From assembly GCF_009914755.1 (NCBI RefSeq), contig NC_060928.1: a DNA stretch of 64,000 nucleotides. One strand, 5' to 3'. The notes below the pieces were generated by a model. That model was given only the letters and a program-made list of their open reading frames with translations. It was not told the origin of the DNA and did not search any database. The position numbers and the translations under genes were made by a program. The DNA is from the human T2T-CHM13v2.0 reference genome, Homo sapiens. Each line of letters opens with the position of its first letter. Position 1 is the stretch's first letter. Below are positions 11,590 to 24,640 of the stretch, in pieces.

Positions 11590-14165
11590 AATTTTTTTAA
11601 TTTGTATAAATTTAAAGAGTACAAGTGTAATTTTGTTACATGGATATATTGAGCAGTGGCAAAATCTGGGCTTTTAGTGTATTCATCAGCTGAATAATTT
11701 ATATTATACCCATTAAGAAATTTCTCATTATCTCCCCTGTTTAACTCCCCCGTTTCACTCCCCCCCACTTTCCCAAGTCTTCAATGCCTATTATTCCATA
11801 CTCTATGTCCATGTGTATACAAAATTTCGCTCCCACTTATGGGAGAACATGCGTTATTTGACTTTCTCTTTCTGAGTTGTTTCACTTACAATGATGGCTT
11901 CCATTTCCATCCATCTTGCTGGAAAAGACGATTTCTTTCTTTTAATGGCTGAGTAGTATTCCATTATGTATATATGCTACATTTTCTTTATCCAATCATC
12001 TGTTGATAGACACTTAGATTGATTCCATATCTTTGCAATTGTGAACAGCACTGCGAAAAACATGCAAGTGCAGGAATCTTTTTAATATGATAATTTATTT
12101 TCCTTTGCATAGATATACAGTAGTAGGATTGCTGGATCAAATGGTAGATCTATTTTTAGTTCTTCAAGAACTGTCCATACTGTTTTCCATAGAGGCTGTA
12201 CTAATTTACATTCCCACTAACAGTGTATAAGAGTTCCCTTTTCCCCACATCCTTGCCAACATCTGTTATTTTTTATCTTTTTTATAATAGCCATTCTGAT
12301 TGGTGTAAGATGATATCTCATTGTGGTTTAATTTGCATTTATCTGATGATTAGTGAGGTTGAACATTTTTGCATGTACTAAATGGCCATTTGTATGTCTT
12401 CTTTCCAAAAATATCTATTCATGTACCCTGCCCACTTTTTAATGGGGTTATTTGTGTTTTTGTCGTTGTTGTAGTTGGGCTGAGTTCCTTGTATGTTCTG
12501 GATATTAGTCCTTGCATAGTTTGTAAACAGTTTCTCCCATTCTGCAGGTGGTCTGTTCAGTCTGCTGATTATTTCTTTGACTGTGCTGAAGATTTTTAGT
12601 TTAATTAAGTCCCATTTGTCTATTTTCATTTTTATTGCTTGTGCTTTTGAGTTCTTAGTCATGAATTCATTGCCTACACCAATGTCTAAGAGTTTTCTCT
12701 AGGTTTTCTTCTAGTACTTTTATAGTTTCAACTCTTAATTTTAAGGCTTTAATTCATCTTGAGTTGATTTTTAAAGATGTTTTTACTTTTATGGATACAT
12801 GGGTGTATATATTTATGGGATAGCTGAGATATTTTGATATAGGCATACAATGTGTAATAATCCCATTAGGATAAATGGGGTATCCATCACCTCAAGCATT
12901 TATTATTTCTTTGTGTTACAAACATACCAATTATATTCTTTCAGTTATTTTTAAATGTACAATAAATTATTGTTGACTGTAGTCACCTTGTGTTATCACA
13001 TACTAGATTTTATTTATTATTTTATTTATTATTTCTAACTATATTTTTATAGCCATTAACCACCTCCACTTCTCCCCCCAAACCCCCTATCCTTTCCAGC
13101 CTCTGGTGACCACCATTCTACTCTCTCTCTCCAATAGTTCAATTTTTTTTTTTCATTTTTAGCTCCCACAAATGAGTTAGAACATGCAAAGTTTGTGTTT
13201 CTGGGCCTGGCTTATTTCACTTAACATAATGTCCTTCAGTTCCATCCACATTGTTGCAATGACAGGATCTCATTGTTTTTTAAGACTGAATAGTACTACA
13301 TTGTATATATGTGCCACATCTTCTTTATCATTTGGCTGTCGATGGACACTAAAGTTGCTTCCAAATCTTGGCTGTTGGGAATAGTGCTGCCGTATATATC
13401 GGAGTGTGGATATCTCTTTGATATACTGATTTCATTTCTTTTGGATATATACCTAGCAGTGGAATTGCTGGATCATATGGTAGTTCTATTTTTAGTTTTT
13501 GGAGGAACCTCCATACGTTCTCCATAGTGACTGTACTAATTTACACTCCCACAAACAGTGTACAAGCTTTCCCTTTTTTCCACATCCTCACCAGTATTCA
13601 TTATTGCCTGTCTTTTGAATGAAAGTGATTTAAACTGGGATGAGATGATATCTCATTATAGTTTTGATTTGCATGTCTTTGGTGATCAATGATATTGAAC
13701 ACCTTTTCACATAACTCTGTTTCCCATTTGTATATCTTCTTTCGAGAAATATCTATTCAAGTCTTTTGCCCATTTTTAAATTGGAATATCAGATTTTTTT
13801 CCAATTTAGTTGTTTGAGCTCCTTGATTTTTATATATAGTGAGAGATAGGGGTCATGTTTCATCCTGCTGCATATAGCAACCCACTTTTCCCAGCACCAT
13901 TTATTGAAAAGGGTGTCCTTTCCCCAGTGTATACTCTTGTCGACTTTATCAAAGATCAATTGGCTATAGATATGTGGCTTTATTTCTCAGTTCTCTATTC
14001 TCTTCCATTGAACTGTGTGTATTTTTATAACATGCTGTTTTGGTTACTATAGCATTGTGGTATAATTTGAAGTCAGGTAATGTGATGCCTCCAGCTTTGT
14101 TCTTTTTGCTTAGGATTGCTTTGGCTACTTGGGTTCATTCTTGGTTCCATATAAATTTTAGGATT
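11590..14165 (-). mobile_element. L1PB4-like element with a nested L1MA
   Basis: L1PB4-type 3'UTR (tttgtataaatttaaagagtacaagtgtaattttgttacatgg). Minus-strand ORF2 peptides; sequence resumes at about 13833 after the nested insert. Confidence 0.8.
12774..13822 (-). mobile_element. L1MA2/3-like 3' fragment nested in the L1PB4
   Basis: aaatggggtatccatcacctcaagcatttat motif; 10-bp TSD ttgattttta (12764-12773, 13823-13832). Confidence 0.75.
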
Positions 14166-15129
14166 GTTCAAGTAATATAATTTTTAATTTAAAAAGCCCA
14201 TGATTTAAGCTTGCAAGTCTGTCACTTCCTTCTCATAAATTTCCGTACAGAAAAAAATGTAGATTGATAAAGGGATGAAGTTTATTGAGATTTTACTCTA
14301 CAAGAAGCATGGGAACAACAAGGACGTAATAATCCAGTAGCCTTGGTTTCCCTTTTAATGCAGACAGTGTAGATGGGGAATACAATCTTTCCCCTAGAAA
14401 TCAAGGCAGAGATTATTTTCAACAATACAGAAAAGCTTGCTCTCTAACGTTTTCTTATTCCATTTATTATCTCCCCTCTATTTTGTTTCATTCATTTCTC
14501 TATCTCCTCTGACTGTTTGCCCATAGTCTATCTACATGCTCAGGACTCCAGAATCCATTAACCTGATTTTGCCTCATTCTACCTCCTAACATTTTCTAGT
14601 CTTTTATACATACAAGTGGGGATTTATATGCAATTGGGACTAAGTGGGAGAAAGTTGATAAGAAAGAGTAGGAAATTCAAAACGCTAGGTAGGAAATCTA
14701 AACTCTGCAGAATCAGGATTAAAGATTCAAGCCTAGATCTAAGAGAGGAGGCAATGGAACGAGTGATGGAGTAATGGCTGAAGAAGAGGCCAGGTAAAGG
14801 AAAAGAGTGGTCAGAAGACCAAATAAGAGACAATGTCTTCAACTAAAGGTACAAAGAAACCTAGTATAAGGCCAGGTATGGAGGCCATACAGGATTGCAA
14901 ACGAGGTACTCCAACTTTTACATATACTTTTAGGGTGAGCCCTTAAAATAGTAAGTTCCCATTGAACAATGTCTATTTTTTAAATGCTACAATTAATGGA
15001 TCAATGCTTCTAAAGCTTTTTGTAATTTGATCACAGTCTATGTTTTGGTCAACTATCTTGGTCATATATTCCTAGTAAACTACTTCCTCCTTCACCTTTC
15101 TGTAATTTTATTCATACTATCCTTAGTCT

Positions 15130-15253
15130 AGATAGAGTGTTGTCTAATAGAACATTTTCTGTTGAGGGACATGTTCTATATCTACATGGTCCAATACAGA
15201 AGCCACTAGTCATATATGACTGGAGACTAATATATTGGACAGCACAGGTCTAG
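15130..15253. mobile_element. MER3-like hAT-Charlie MITE
   Basis: tgtctaatagaac...tccaatac..agccactag...tattggacagcacaggtctaga. Confidence 0.6.
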
Positions 15254-15339
15254 AATCTTCTTTCCTATTTTCAAATCTGTTGAAATTCTACTCTTTCCTT
15301 TCAATGCCCATCACTGTAGAGAACGCAGTCAATGTTTCA

Positions 15340-15820
15340 CCCATAGCCTCTCAGATCTCTTTTACCACTGCTGTTTGTGTTTCTCCTGGCCTCTCAGCTT
15401 GTGCTTCTAATAGCTTGTACCTATAACTCACTTCACAGGACTGTCCTGAAACTGCTGGAGCCATTGTGCTCATAGAAGCAGAGCTCAGAGGGCCTGGGAG
15501 TTTATGTCCTGCCCCCTCTCCCCAGCCTCACCCCAGGGCAGCCCTTAGCCCCTGACTGACTGGTACAGGAGCATAAAAATCAAGCTCACTTTCCTTTGAC
15601 TCAGGCCAACCCTAAGGTAAAACTCAAAACTCTAGGGTCCTCCTGCAATATCAGGCTAAAACTGCCTCTCCAGGACTTTGCCTGAAATCTCACCCTTATG
15701 CTTGGCTTCTTTCTGTTCCCTGTTCTGCTTCACCCCTTTCCTTACTAGTTTCTTCTGGGAGCACTTCTTCGCTTGCACATGAATCTTCATATCAGGGTCT
15801 GTGTCTAAGACAAACTAAAA
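15340..15820 (+). mobile_element. LTR16-family ERVL LTR
   Basis: ggcctgggagtttatgtcc...ggcagcccttagcc...cttgcacatgaatc..tcagggtctg. Confidence 0.6.
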
Positions 15821-15947
15821 TGCTAATTCATCTGTGAAGCTTTGATTGGGAACCTCAGTCCCCAATCAAAATTAAGTATAGCACTTCATTTATATCTTCA
15901 TATGGCACCATTTAAAAGTTAGACAATTATATTCATGACTGGTTCCC

Positions 15948-16360
15948 TGTGAACTGTGTCCCCCTAAAATTCATATGTTGTCCTAACCCCCAATGATTGT
16001 ATTTGGATATAAGACTTTTAGGGAAGTACTTAAGATTAAATGAGGTCATAAGCATGGGACCTTAATCTGATATGACTAGTGTTCTTAAAAGAAGAAGAGA
16101 CACCAGAGATCTCTGTCTCTCTCTCTCTCTCTCTCTCCCGCCTCCCTCTCCCTTCCTGTCCCTGTGTACCCAGAGAAAAGGACACAGCAAGAAGGAGGCC
16201 ATCTACAAGCCAGAAAGAGAGGCCTCACCAGAAACTGAATCCGCCAACACCTTGATCTGGGACTTCTAGCTTTTAGAATTGTGAGAAATGAATTTCTGTT
16301 CTTTAAGCCACTCAGTCTGTGGTGTTCTGTTAGTTATGGCAGCCTGGGCAGACTAATACA
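15948..16360 (+). mobile_element. MLT1A0-like MaLR LTR within an L2 remnant
   Basis: aaaattcatatgtt...aaatgaggtcataag...gccctcaccagaaac-like motif...gactaataca. Confidence 0.8.
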
Positions 16361-17289
16361 GTCCCCAACTAGAATGTAAACTCTCAATGATTAAGAATCA
16401 TGTATTCTCCTGCTCAGTGTCTTGTATGTTAAAGGTTCTTTAAAATGTTTGTTGAATGTATTGACTATAAAGGAAAAAGTGGACATAATGGTTTTTCTGA
16501 TAATTTTTTATAAAAATATTGTATGATTTAAAAGTATTAAAGTTGTAGAAAAGAGAGTTTGTTGCCATGAGGTATTTATCTATTGTACTACAGATTCTTT
16601 ACATACTCAGTAGTGATGGCTAGTCATTCTTTAAGTTGAAAAAAATTAATATAAAAGTGACTCACATACTCACTGACAAAAACAATGATCATACCTGCTG
16701 ATTTTTATGAATTCTTCAAATTTAAGAGTCTTTAGAAACCCAATTAGGGATAACTCAGATGTATGATTGAGCTGAATCAGTGACACACATACAAAAGAAA
16801 AAAAAAGCTATATCCCTCCCATCCTTTGTTGATCACAAGTTAGTAAAACATGAACCATGGTGAATATCTTGTAGTGACTTAGAAATGTATAGTTGAAAGC
16901 ACTCAATAAATACTTAACAGATGAACAAATATGCTTAACACAAGCAATAAAACAGGTCACAGAATAGTACTTTTTTTAAATAAAAAAGAAGTATATAGTT
17001 ATATAGTAAATAAAAGAAAAAAATTAAACAAGAATCTTACAAATGAATGACTCTGAGTGGTGACATTTTTGGATGTTTCTATTAACTTCATCATAATTTG
17101 TTAGCTTTTTCCATGTTTTCTACAGTAAATATATATAATATTTGAAACCAGGAAAAAACAATATTTTTAATCCTCTAGCCACATCCACATCTTCCAGCTC
17201 TGCCTACACCAAAAATCAGCAACAGTAATCAAACAAAAAAATTAGGTTTGGATACGGGGAAATAAAAATGAAAATAACAGTTATTTTAC

Positions 17290-17589
17290 TCATTGAGATG
17301 CCATTTACAATTCAATCCATTACAGAGTAATCAGCTTCTGAAAGCTTGAGCTTATGAGTCAGGCAAACCCAAGCACTAAGCTGTTATGATAAAGATGTAA
17401 CCAAATACAAACCATGTGGAGCCAAGATGATTGTACAACTTGATTCTTTCCTTAGCACTCCCATAGAGCCCATGACCTGATGACAAAGGGCACTGATGAT
17501 CAGAAATAAGTAATTCAGAGAATCTGTGCTGACCCAATTGCTCAGATTTCTCAAGGAAATATCCTAACTTTTCTCCTTTAGAAATTCAC
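17290..17589 (-). pseudogene. Candidate decayed exon F
   Basis: ttttttccaattattttattgccaaag|GT GAA TTT CTA AAG. Reads EFLKEKS*DISLRNLSNWVSTDSLNYLFLIISALCHQVMGSM with one stop in about 65 codons. Donor not identified. Confidence 0.35.
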
Positions 17590-18329
17590 CTTTGGCAATA
17601 AAATAATTGGAAAAAATAAACCTCACTTCAACCTCACCACAGGGAGAGAGGGATGGTCTGTAAGGCACAACATTTTTAGGTAAGCTTAGTATTAGCCTCT
17701 GTCTAAAATTATTTGAAATGCTTAGCAATATTTATTTTTAAAATATATTTGTCTTTATATCTGTATATTATACATATAATAGCCCTGAGAAATTGGTAGG
17801 GCAGATATTATTATCCCTAATTTACTAAGATAGAATCTGAAGTCACCTTCCGTCCCCTTGAAGCCTAGCTGCATTTTGAGCACTGTCCTTTTGACCTTGT
17901 ATTCCAAGTGCATTCCAGCAGGTGTGGGCTTAAACACCCGAGGGATGGTCTGTGCACTTTGCAAGCTGAGAGGAAATAATATTGCTCTACCACTTCAGAA
18001 AACTGTTGAGTGCCCTGATCTCCTGAGAAATTCTCCCAAGTGTTTAGCAGAAATGCCCCACCCGTGAGTGCAGAATGGAGCCATGTGCCCCCGACTCACA
18101 CTGTGGCCCTGCTTGCTCTTGCACCACCCATCCATCTGGGTGGTCTTCAGGGGAAGCCCTCAGAGGAAGACTGATTGAAACCAGAGTTGCTGTGCCACCC
18201 ACACCAATTCTAGTTTCTGAACGCAGCCAGCTGAAGCATATTCGCTATCCTAAAATAATAAAAACAAATTAATGGAATTGACTCAAGGGAAATCAAGTTC
18301 CACTTATAGGCCTAGTGGCAGAAACAGCT

Positions 18330-18780
18330 GTTAAAATTCATTAAATTGGAAGCTCCTGTAGTAGCTTCTTAAGAATATTTTTCAAAGTCTTTGGACCACT
18401 ACTATAAAAGACCAAGTTAAACATTATTCATCAGGAAGTGTTTTTGTGGAAGGACATGGAATGCATTTGGAAATCTGCATAGCATGTAAGATTGTGGCTG
18501 GATCATTCGCAAAGTTTGTATTTCATTAAGCTTTGATAGATAAGCCTGTTGTAATTTGAAAAATTAAGATCAATCTCCGCATTAAAAATCCCCAAAGCAT
18601 TTCCACTGAGTATGAATTTCCTTATCACAGAACTTTCTATAAGATATTTACAGATTTTGACAAGTCTGGCTATGAATTCTACAATAAAACTCTTAGTTAA
18701 TAATGGCAACGATTTAAAATCTAAAATTTTTTTTCAAGAGTTGTTTATATACCTTTTCTTCTTTCAAAGGTATTTCTATG
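18330..18780 (-). pseudogene. Decayed exon E (3' boundary uncertain)
   Basis: ttattttaacag|C ATA GAA ATA, phase 2, matching exon D. IEIPLKEEKVYKQLLKK, then a +1 frameshift in an A8 run (18727-18734), then ILDFKSLPLLTKSFIVEFIARLVKICKYLIESSVIRKFILSG (ORF 18503..18709). Confidence 0.65.
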
Positions 18781-19049
18781 CTGTTAAAATAATTGTACTT
18801 TTTGTCTACATGAACTATCTTAAGAATTTCTATGTCAATAATAAAGGAATGTGTCTGATAACCAAAAAAAAAAAAAAAAAGTAGAGTTTGGATTGGATGA
18901 CATCCAAGGACTTCTTTGACTTTTGATTCTAGAAACTAGAATTCCAAGGGTGCTATTCACATCGGTAGCAGCCAGCTCTCTAGATGCAGAGTTAAGGCCA
19001 ACCAAATTCATTCTGCAAGAATTGAGGATGCCAACACTGACAATTAAGT

Positions 19050-20130
19050 TCCTAAATGTATCCATTGAGGTGGTTTGATTACAAATGTCAAAACTCAAAT
19101 CTGACTAACTACAGGTAAAAGGGAAATAATTATAAGGTCCTGGTGGGGGCTCCCAGACCCAAAGGGAAATCTACAAAAGCAGAAACCTAAAAGGACAGGA
19201 ATCAGGGCATTTGGAGGATCTAGGTAGCTAGTCTTCAGGATATTGCAAGAGGACCCACTGGCTCCAACCATTTTTCTTCTGCTCTTTAACCACTGGGCTC
19301 AAGAGCCTGGGGGGATAGTCCATTGTTTATATAGTGGATTGATATTCAATATCCATTCTGCCCTCATCTAGAGTCCCTTCAGTCATCGTTAAGGCCAGAA
19401 AGCTAAACATTATATTCCATAGTCTAGTTTGCAGACAGTGTTCCAGAAGGTACTTAATAATATTCAGCTAGTCACATGTGTTCATGTGAGATCAGAAAGG
19501 CAGAAGTGAGGTGGAGGCCACATTTGTGCTGCTTCTGCAATTTCTGGTGCAGAACATAAATGGCAAGGTGGTTGATTTTTCTGCAACAGCTTTAGCTGAA
19601 ATCCCAGTAGCTAGCCACTTGTTAGATATTGAGAGGATGGCATGGGTCATCCATTTTGTTGGTGCAGTCCCAGCAGGCATGTCATGGCTCTGGGGCCAAC
19701 AATTGTGGCCATGGTTTCTTATCTGTCAGTCACAGCTAACATGCATATTTCTGGTACCAATGATTACAACGACAATCAGAAGTTGGCATCGTGGTTCCCA
19801 CTTCCGTGGCTTCCTGATGTTAACAGTTCTCTTTGCAGACTGTTACTTGTTATATAACAATTATTTTTTTCTGCAAATAATTACTGGATACTCCATTCTC
19901 TGTAATAAATCCCCTTCTGCTTAAACAGGTAAATAGTTCCATTTTAGTCCAATTGGCCATCATGGCTCATATGCCTACCCCTTGGTGGGGCTGATTGGCA
20001 GCCCCACCAAGATTGGCAACCCCATCAAGTACACACAACGGAAGAGGGAAAATTTCCCAGAAGAAAATAAGATGCTCTTATCAAAATAAAAGGGAAAATT
20101 GACTGTGAGTGGCAGAAAATAACAACCAAC
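19050..20130. mobile_element. Old MaLR (MLT1J/K-like) interrupted by an LTR33-like ERVL LTR (about 19330-19935)
   Basis: ggttt...caaatgtcaaaactcaaat; aggccagaaagctaaac...aataaatccccttctgcttaaac. Accounts for ORFs 19492-19924. Confidence 0.45.
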
Positions 20131-21675
20131 CATCCTGTAAATAAATACAAAGATAATTAATCAACATCATTTTCAGGGTGTCTTGTAGGCCCATTACACA
20201 AAGCAAAGTTTTCTGAAGTCCTGAAATATTACAATACATTATGAAAGCTTAACTACCCTAAGGCAAGGAGTCAGGGAATGCTTCAGAAAAAGACATCTGA
20301 TCTCAGTCTGAAGGATCAAAGAAATATGAAGGTCTTTCTAGGTAGTGGAAAATTCATGTCTTAATTGGCACTCTGTGTCTGTATGTGTGTGTGCACACAT
20401 GCTCACGCACATGTGTGTTGAGTATCTAAATAAAGATTGAAGAGTGGATTAATTAGTAAAGAGGAAAGTTTCATTTTGAGCATTTCTCTCACTAGCAGTT
20501 GTACATTTCATAGTAGGAAGGAACCATAAAAAGGCATTGTAAACAATCAAGACACTGTAGATTCAGGTTAGCTAGCCAGAGATTCCAAGAGCCCATACCC
20601 AGAGGACACACAGAAGCAGGCAGTTGCCTACCACTACCCTTTTAATTGCCCTATGCATTCTGACCTCCTTAGATAGAAATTGGATTTAACACCTGAACAT
20701 GTTCCAAATGTCAAGGTTCATTATCCATGGACTTCCACATCATATGACTTTTTTTTACAACTTCCCAACATTCTTCCCTGGGCTTAGTTTTCCTCTCATA
20801 GTCATGGTCACTAGCTCATGGATTAGCTCCTGGAGATGCTAGGTTTGGGCTTCCATTTACTCCTACTTTCCCAAGAGAAGCTAGACCCCTATTATTTCAT
20901 TCTCAATGCCAGGTAAGGGTATAGCTTTATTTCTATCCTGATCTGTGACTTTGCTATTTTTCTCACTCAGCCATTTCACACATTGAATTGAACTTTTACC
21001 TGCATTGAAAGTGCTATTGAGACAATATTGTCACAGTGACACTTTGACCCAAACTCACACAATCTGTTTTTATGTGTCACCTGGTAGCACCATCAAGAGC
21101 AGGAAGGGAAGGAAAACCAACACTAATTGAATTTCCATTATATGTTACATATGTGTCTAAGACCTTTCCCATGTGTTATTCATTTCATATAATTTATACA
21201 GTGGTTTGTGTCCCAGAGTCAATCATCCTTCAGTCTATGTCAGCACTTCCCAGGGACTTGCTACAGCAGAATTCAGCTTAATTAACTACCTTCCTTTCAG
21301 CAATGTCCTCTCTCCCACTCAACCTGCCTTTTAATCCAGGTGACTCTCAAATGCCATCTCCTCTGCCCTTCCTTTTACCACAGCCATCCTCAGAAACCAC
21401 TTCAGTCCTACCTCCCTGCTTTCCTAGTCTTTTTCTTTCCAATCTTTCTACAGTGAAGCTTGAACCCCAGCCCCAGTGTTAAGCCAGCTCTAAGTAAAAT
21501 GTACCTATCCCCTCAGATACCAGTACTGACCTCACAGAGAGGAAGAAATTACGATAGGAATCAAATTTCAAACATTCCTACCACTTTTCTGAAACTATGT
21601 CCACCTGTTTTGAATCAGTGTCATGTATTAAGCGAATGTGATTCTTCCAACAGGATAAAAATGAGTAGATGTTAC

Positions 21676-22222
21676 CTATCACACAATTTTTCAAAGCTTT
21701 TCTTCTCTTCTTGACCTTCTACATTTTCTTTCCAAGTAGCAAGAGGAGTACTAAAAGATAAGGTTTCAAAATATGATAGAGTATTCCTCAAAAGATTAGG
21801 GAGTAAAGATAAAAACGAATAGTGATGAAGCAGCGCTGAAGAGACCTCTGTGCGCTGCTGAAAAAAGAGAAGAGTCGTGACTTCCCTATGTACAAGCTTC
21901 TTCATGCACAAACCCACCCACAAATTTACCATTTACTCTTCTCACACAGCATTTAAAAGTCTCATGTGTTGCATTGCCTCCATTTTTCACACACTGAATT
22001 CCTAAGCATAAAAGCTTTTTTAAAAAATCTATTTTTGCAATAGAATTTCTGATATTAGGTGCCGGATCAGGCTCTGTCTTGTAAAACAACTATGGCGATA
22101 GCCAAGTGGGAAAAGAGTGCTAAGTTCCTGAAAGAACCGTGAGAAGTGGAGTCCAGACACCTTTCCAGGGCTTGTGGTGTTAGTACAAGGCATTTCTACT
22201 TCTCTCCTCCCATCCGGCAACA
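21676..22222 (-). pseudogene. Decayed exon D, 547 bp, phase 1->2
   Basis: ctatttctcatctcatag|TG TTG CCG ... GAT AG|gtaac. Three overlapping minus-strand ORFs in the track (22029..22223, 21886..22089, 21672..21932) tile it end to end, consistent with one frame broken by two frameshifts. Confidence 0.7.
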
Positions 22223-22766
22223 CTATGAGATGAGAAATAGGAGCCAGATAGAGTTCGCTTTTAGGGGAGTACAGTGGGTTTTTTAATAAAAAGAAACTAT
22301 TTCCTCCCTGCAGCTCCCCCTACTGGAAAAAGGGGATTTTTTCCTCCCTCAATCTTGTGGGTAGCCCCACAAGATTTCTGGTAGGATTTAGGGTGACGGC
22401 AGGAAGTGGAGACTGATGTTTCATTCCCTAGTTACAGTCCTGCGGAGGAACTGGGCTAATTTGTCTGCCCAACGCTACTCCAGTCCAGACATGAGACACT
22501 GGGGAAGGTGCTGTGGTGGGGAGGCCTAATGGAGGGAGCCAGTCCTAGTATCTGTCCTCATCCACCAGAGCCTTGCCCCTGAGATATCATAGGGGATAGA
22601 TCCCAGAGGTGGGAGCTGCAGAGGGTGCACAGGGCAAGCAGTCTTGCCGGGAACCACAGCAACGTGGCGGCAAAGATAACTTCTTAGAGAAATACTAGGT
22701 AATGCCATCAGCTACATATTAGAATGTGGTAAGAATGAAGATATTTTAGCTTTTACGTATCACTAC

Positions 22767-23434
22767 ATATCAGACTGAAGTCGTAAAACATGTATGTGCT
22801 TCATGAATATTTCTCTGAAACTATTTTCAAGAAGAGTCTTCAAAATGGATTTGAGTAAAGACAACTAAGTGGAATGGGTGCATCATTTTTCATTGTGGTA
22901 ATTTTGAAAGAAAATCCATTTAGATGTACCTATTTTCTTGCATTTGTTCAAAATAATTTCTCTCCGTACTTCATAGTCTCCATTTACATGTATTGTTATA
23001 TAACTGAAGTAGCTCTGCTATTCTCACCAACCAGGAATGCTTCTAAAGGTGAATTCTCTTGATTAACTTTTGCCCTCCTACTCTCCGTTCATTGACCACA
23101 GGCAGTGACACGTTGAGAAATGTTTCATAACGGGGTCTTTTGGGAGAAAAATCACACCAGATGTGTAAAGATTGCCAGTTTCTGTGGTAAAATTACTCGC
23201 ACCACAGCTAACTTCAAGCTACCACTGTAACCCCACTAAATGTGAAGTTAGGAAGAGGTGAGCACAGTCTGCTCTCAAGAGTCAGGGCAAACCGTCTCTA
23301 GCACACCAGTGACCTGAAGTGTGATCGTAAGATCCACTCCATCTTCAGCATCCATCACTTCACTTAAAACCATTGTTGAAGTATTACTTTTTATTTTGTG
23401 CTATATGCCCTTCCTCAAACAATTCCAAATGGCA
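22767..23434 (-). pseudogene. Decayed exon C (3' boundary uncertain)
   Basis: Strong acceptor (long pyrimidine tract ...ttgttctttcag|TG, phase 1). Fragments QSLHIWCDFSPKRPRYETFLNVSLPVVNERRVGGQKLIKRIHL and DYEVRREIILNKCKK. Multiple stops and frameshifts. Confidence 0.55.
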
Positions 23435-23856
23435 CTGAAAGAACAAATATGGAAACCAAATACAAACAAGAAAAAGGAAAAGAAAATAGAGAAAATGAAA
23501 AATGTCATTTTTCAGAGAGGTCTTCATGAAGTAGCTAATTGTTCACAACGTGGTAGATAAAAATCATGCTTTTAATAAGACAAAACAATAGTCCCCCAGT
23601 TTTAGATTCATGCCATATTGACCCCTACTGTAGCATATCTTAAAGCATAGGGCTATTGAGTGGGTTTGCTGACTGTGGCTTATAAAGTACCTAGAGAGTA
23701 TGGGGTATTCATGGAACTTGCTCTTCCTTTGTATGGGAAGTAAGCTTATCAGCCACACAAGGAAGCACAATTCTTTACACCTCTGCAAAGGACAGAAGAC
23801 CAGAGTAAAAAAGTTGGTAGAGGTTTTTTTTCTAAAGAAGAAGGTGTTGTCCTAAC

Positions 23857-24020
23857 CTGATGGAAGGGTATACCAGTGGCATGCCAAAGAAGCCCAGAGA
23901 TTGTTTATAGCTGGTGGTTTCTGAAATAAGGTTTCCACTGGGACCTCTGAAGTTATTCTGCATACATTCAGATCCTCAGCTGTAGCCAAGTGGAGATAAA
24001 AATGATCATTAAGGTGCACC
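23857..24020 (-). pseudogene. Exon B, 164 bp, fully open, phase 2->1
   Basis: ttttatttattttctgag|G GTG CAC ... CCA TCA G|gttagg. Encodes VHLNDHFYLHLATAEDLNVCRITSEVPVETLFQKPPAINNLWASLACHWYTLPS (within ORF 23852..24112). The GAG acceptor is weak. Confidence 0.65.
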
Positions 24021-24640
24021 CTCAGAAAATAAATAAAAAGACTGTGACTTCTAGCACTGCCCTTTCTTAGAGGAAAACACCAAAAAGTTATACTGTTTTC
24101 AAACAAAAACAAAAAATACTTAACAGCATGGCCTCAATTTCACATCCATGTTAACAATTTAAGAAGAGCAATTTTGCAATCATCTGTGAGTAGAAGATTC
24201 TATCACTGGCCCAATTCAATTACATGTTGAACTAAGGCCAGGTTCATAAAAAAAAAAAAAGCATAGCAAAGAGTTTCTGAATTATCACACAGAACTATTA
24301 CAGAAGGCTCACTTTGATTTTGATGTGCTACATTTACACACTCCAATTATGCCTTTATAAAGCTCAGTGAGCAGCATGAAATCAACCCAATTAAATGGCA
24401 GCAGGAAGACCTTTCACTCCCAGGTCCATTCCTGTCCAGCTCCAATCACCTCATTTTATAATAACTAAAATCTTAATATAAAGCTGAAATTTAGAGGTCT
24501 TCCTCTTTCTCTAATATATTAAATAGAGGAGGAGGTTGGTATAATGGTTTTATTTTAAACCAGTTCTAGGTATATGTAATATAATATAGATCCTCATCAC
24601 CAAATGGATAGGCCAAAGTTACAGTACCATATGTACTCAC

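Noticed and set aside
19492-19924. 137-aa ORF and overlapping ORFs as an extra exon
   Set aside because: They lie in an LTR-like element and have no phase-compatible splice sites.
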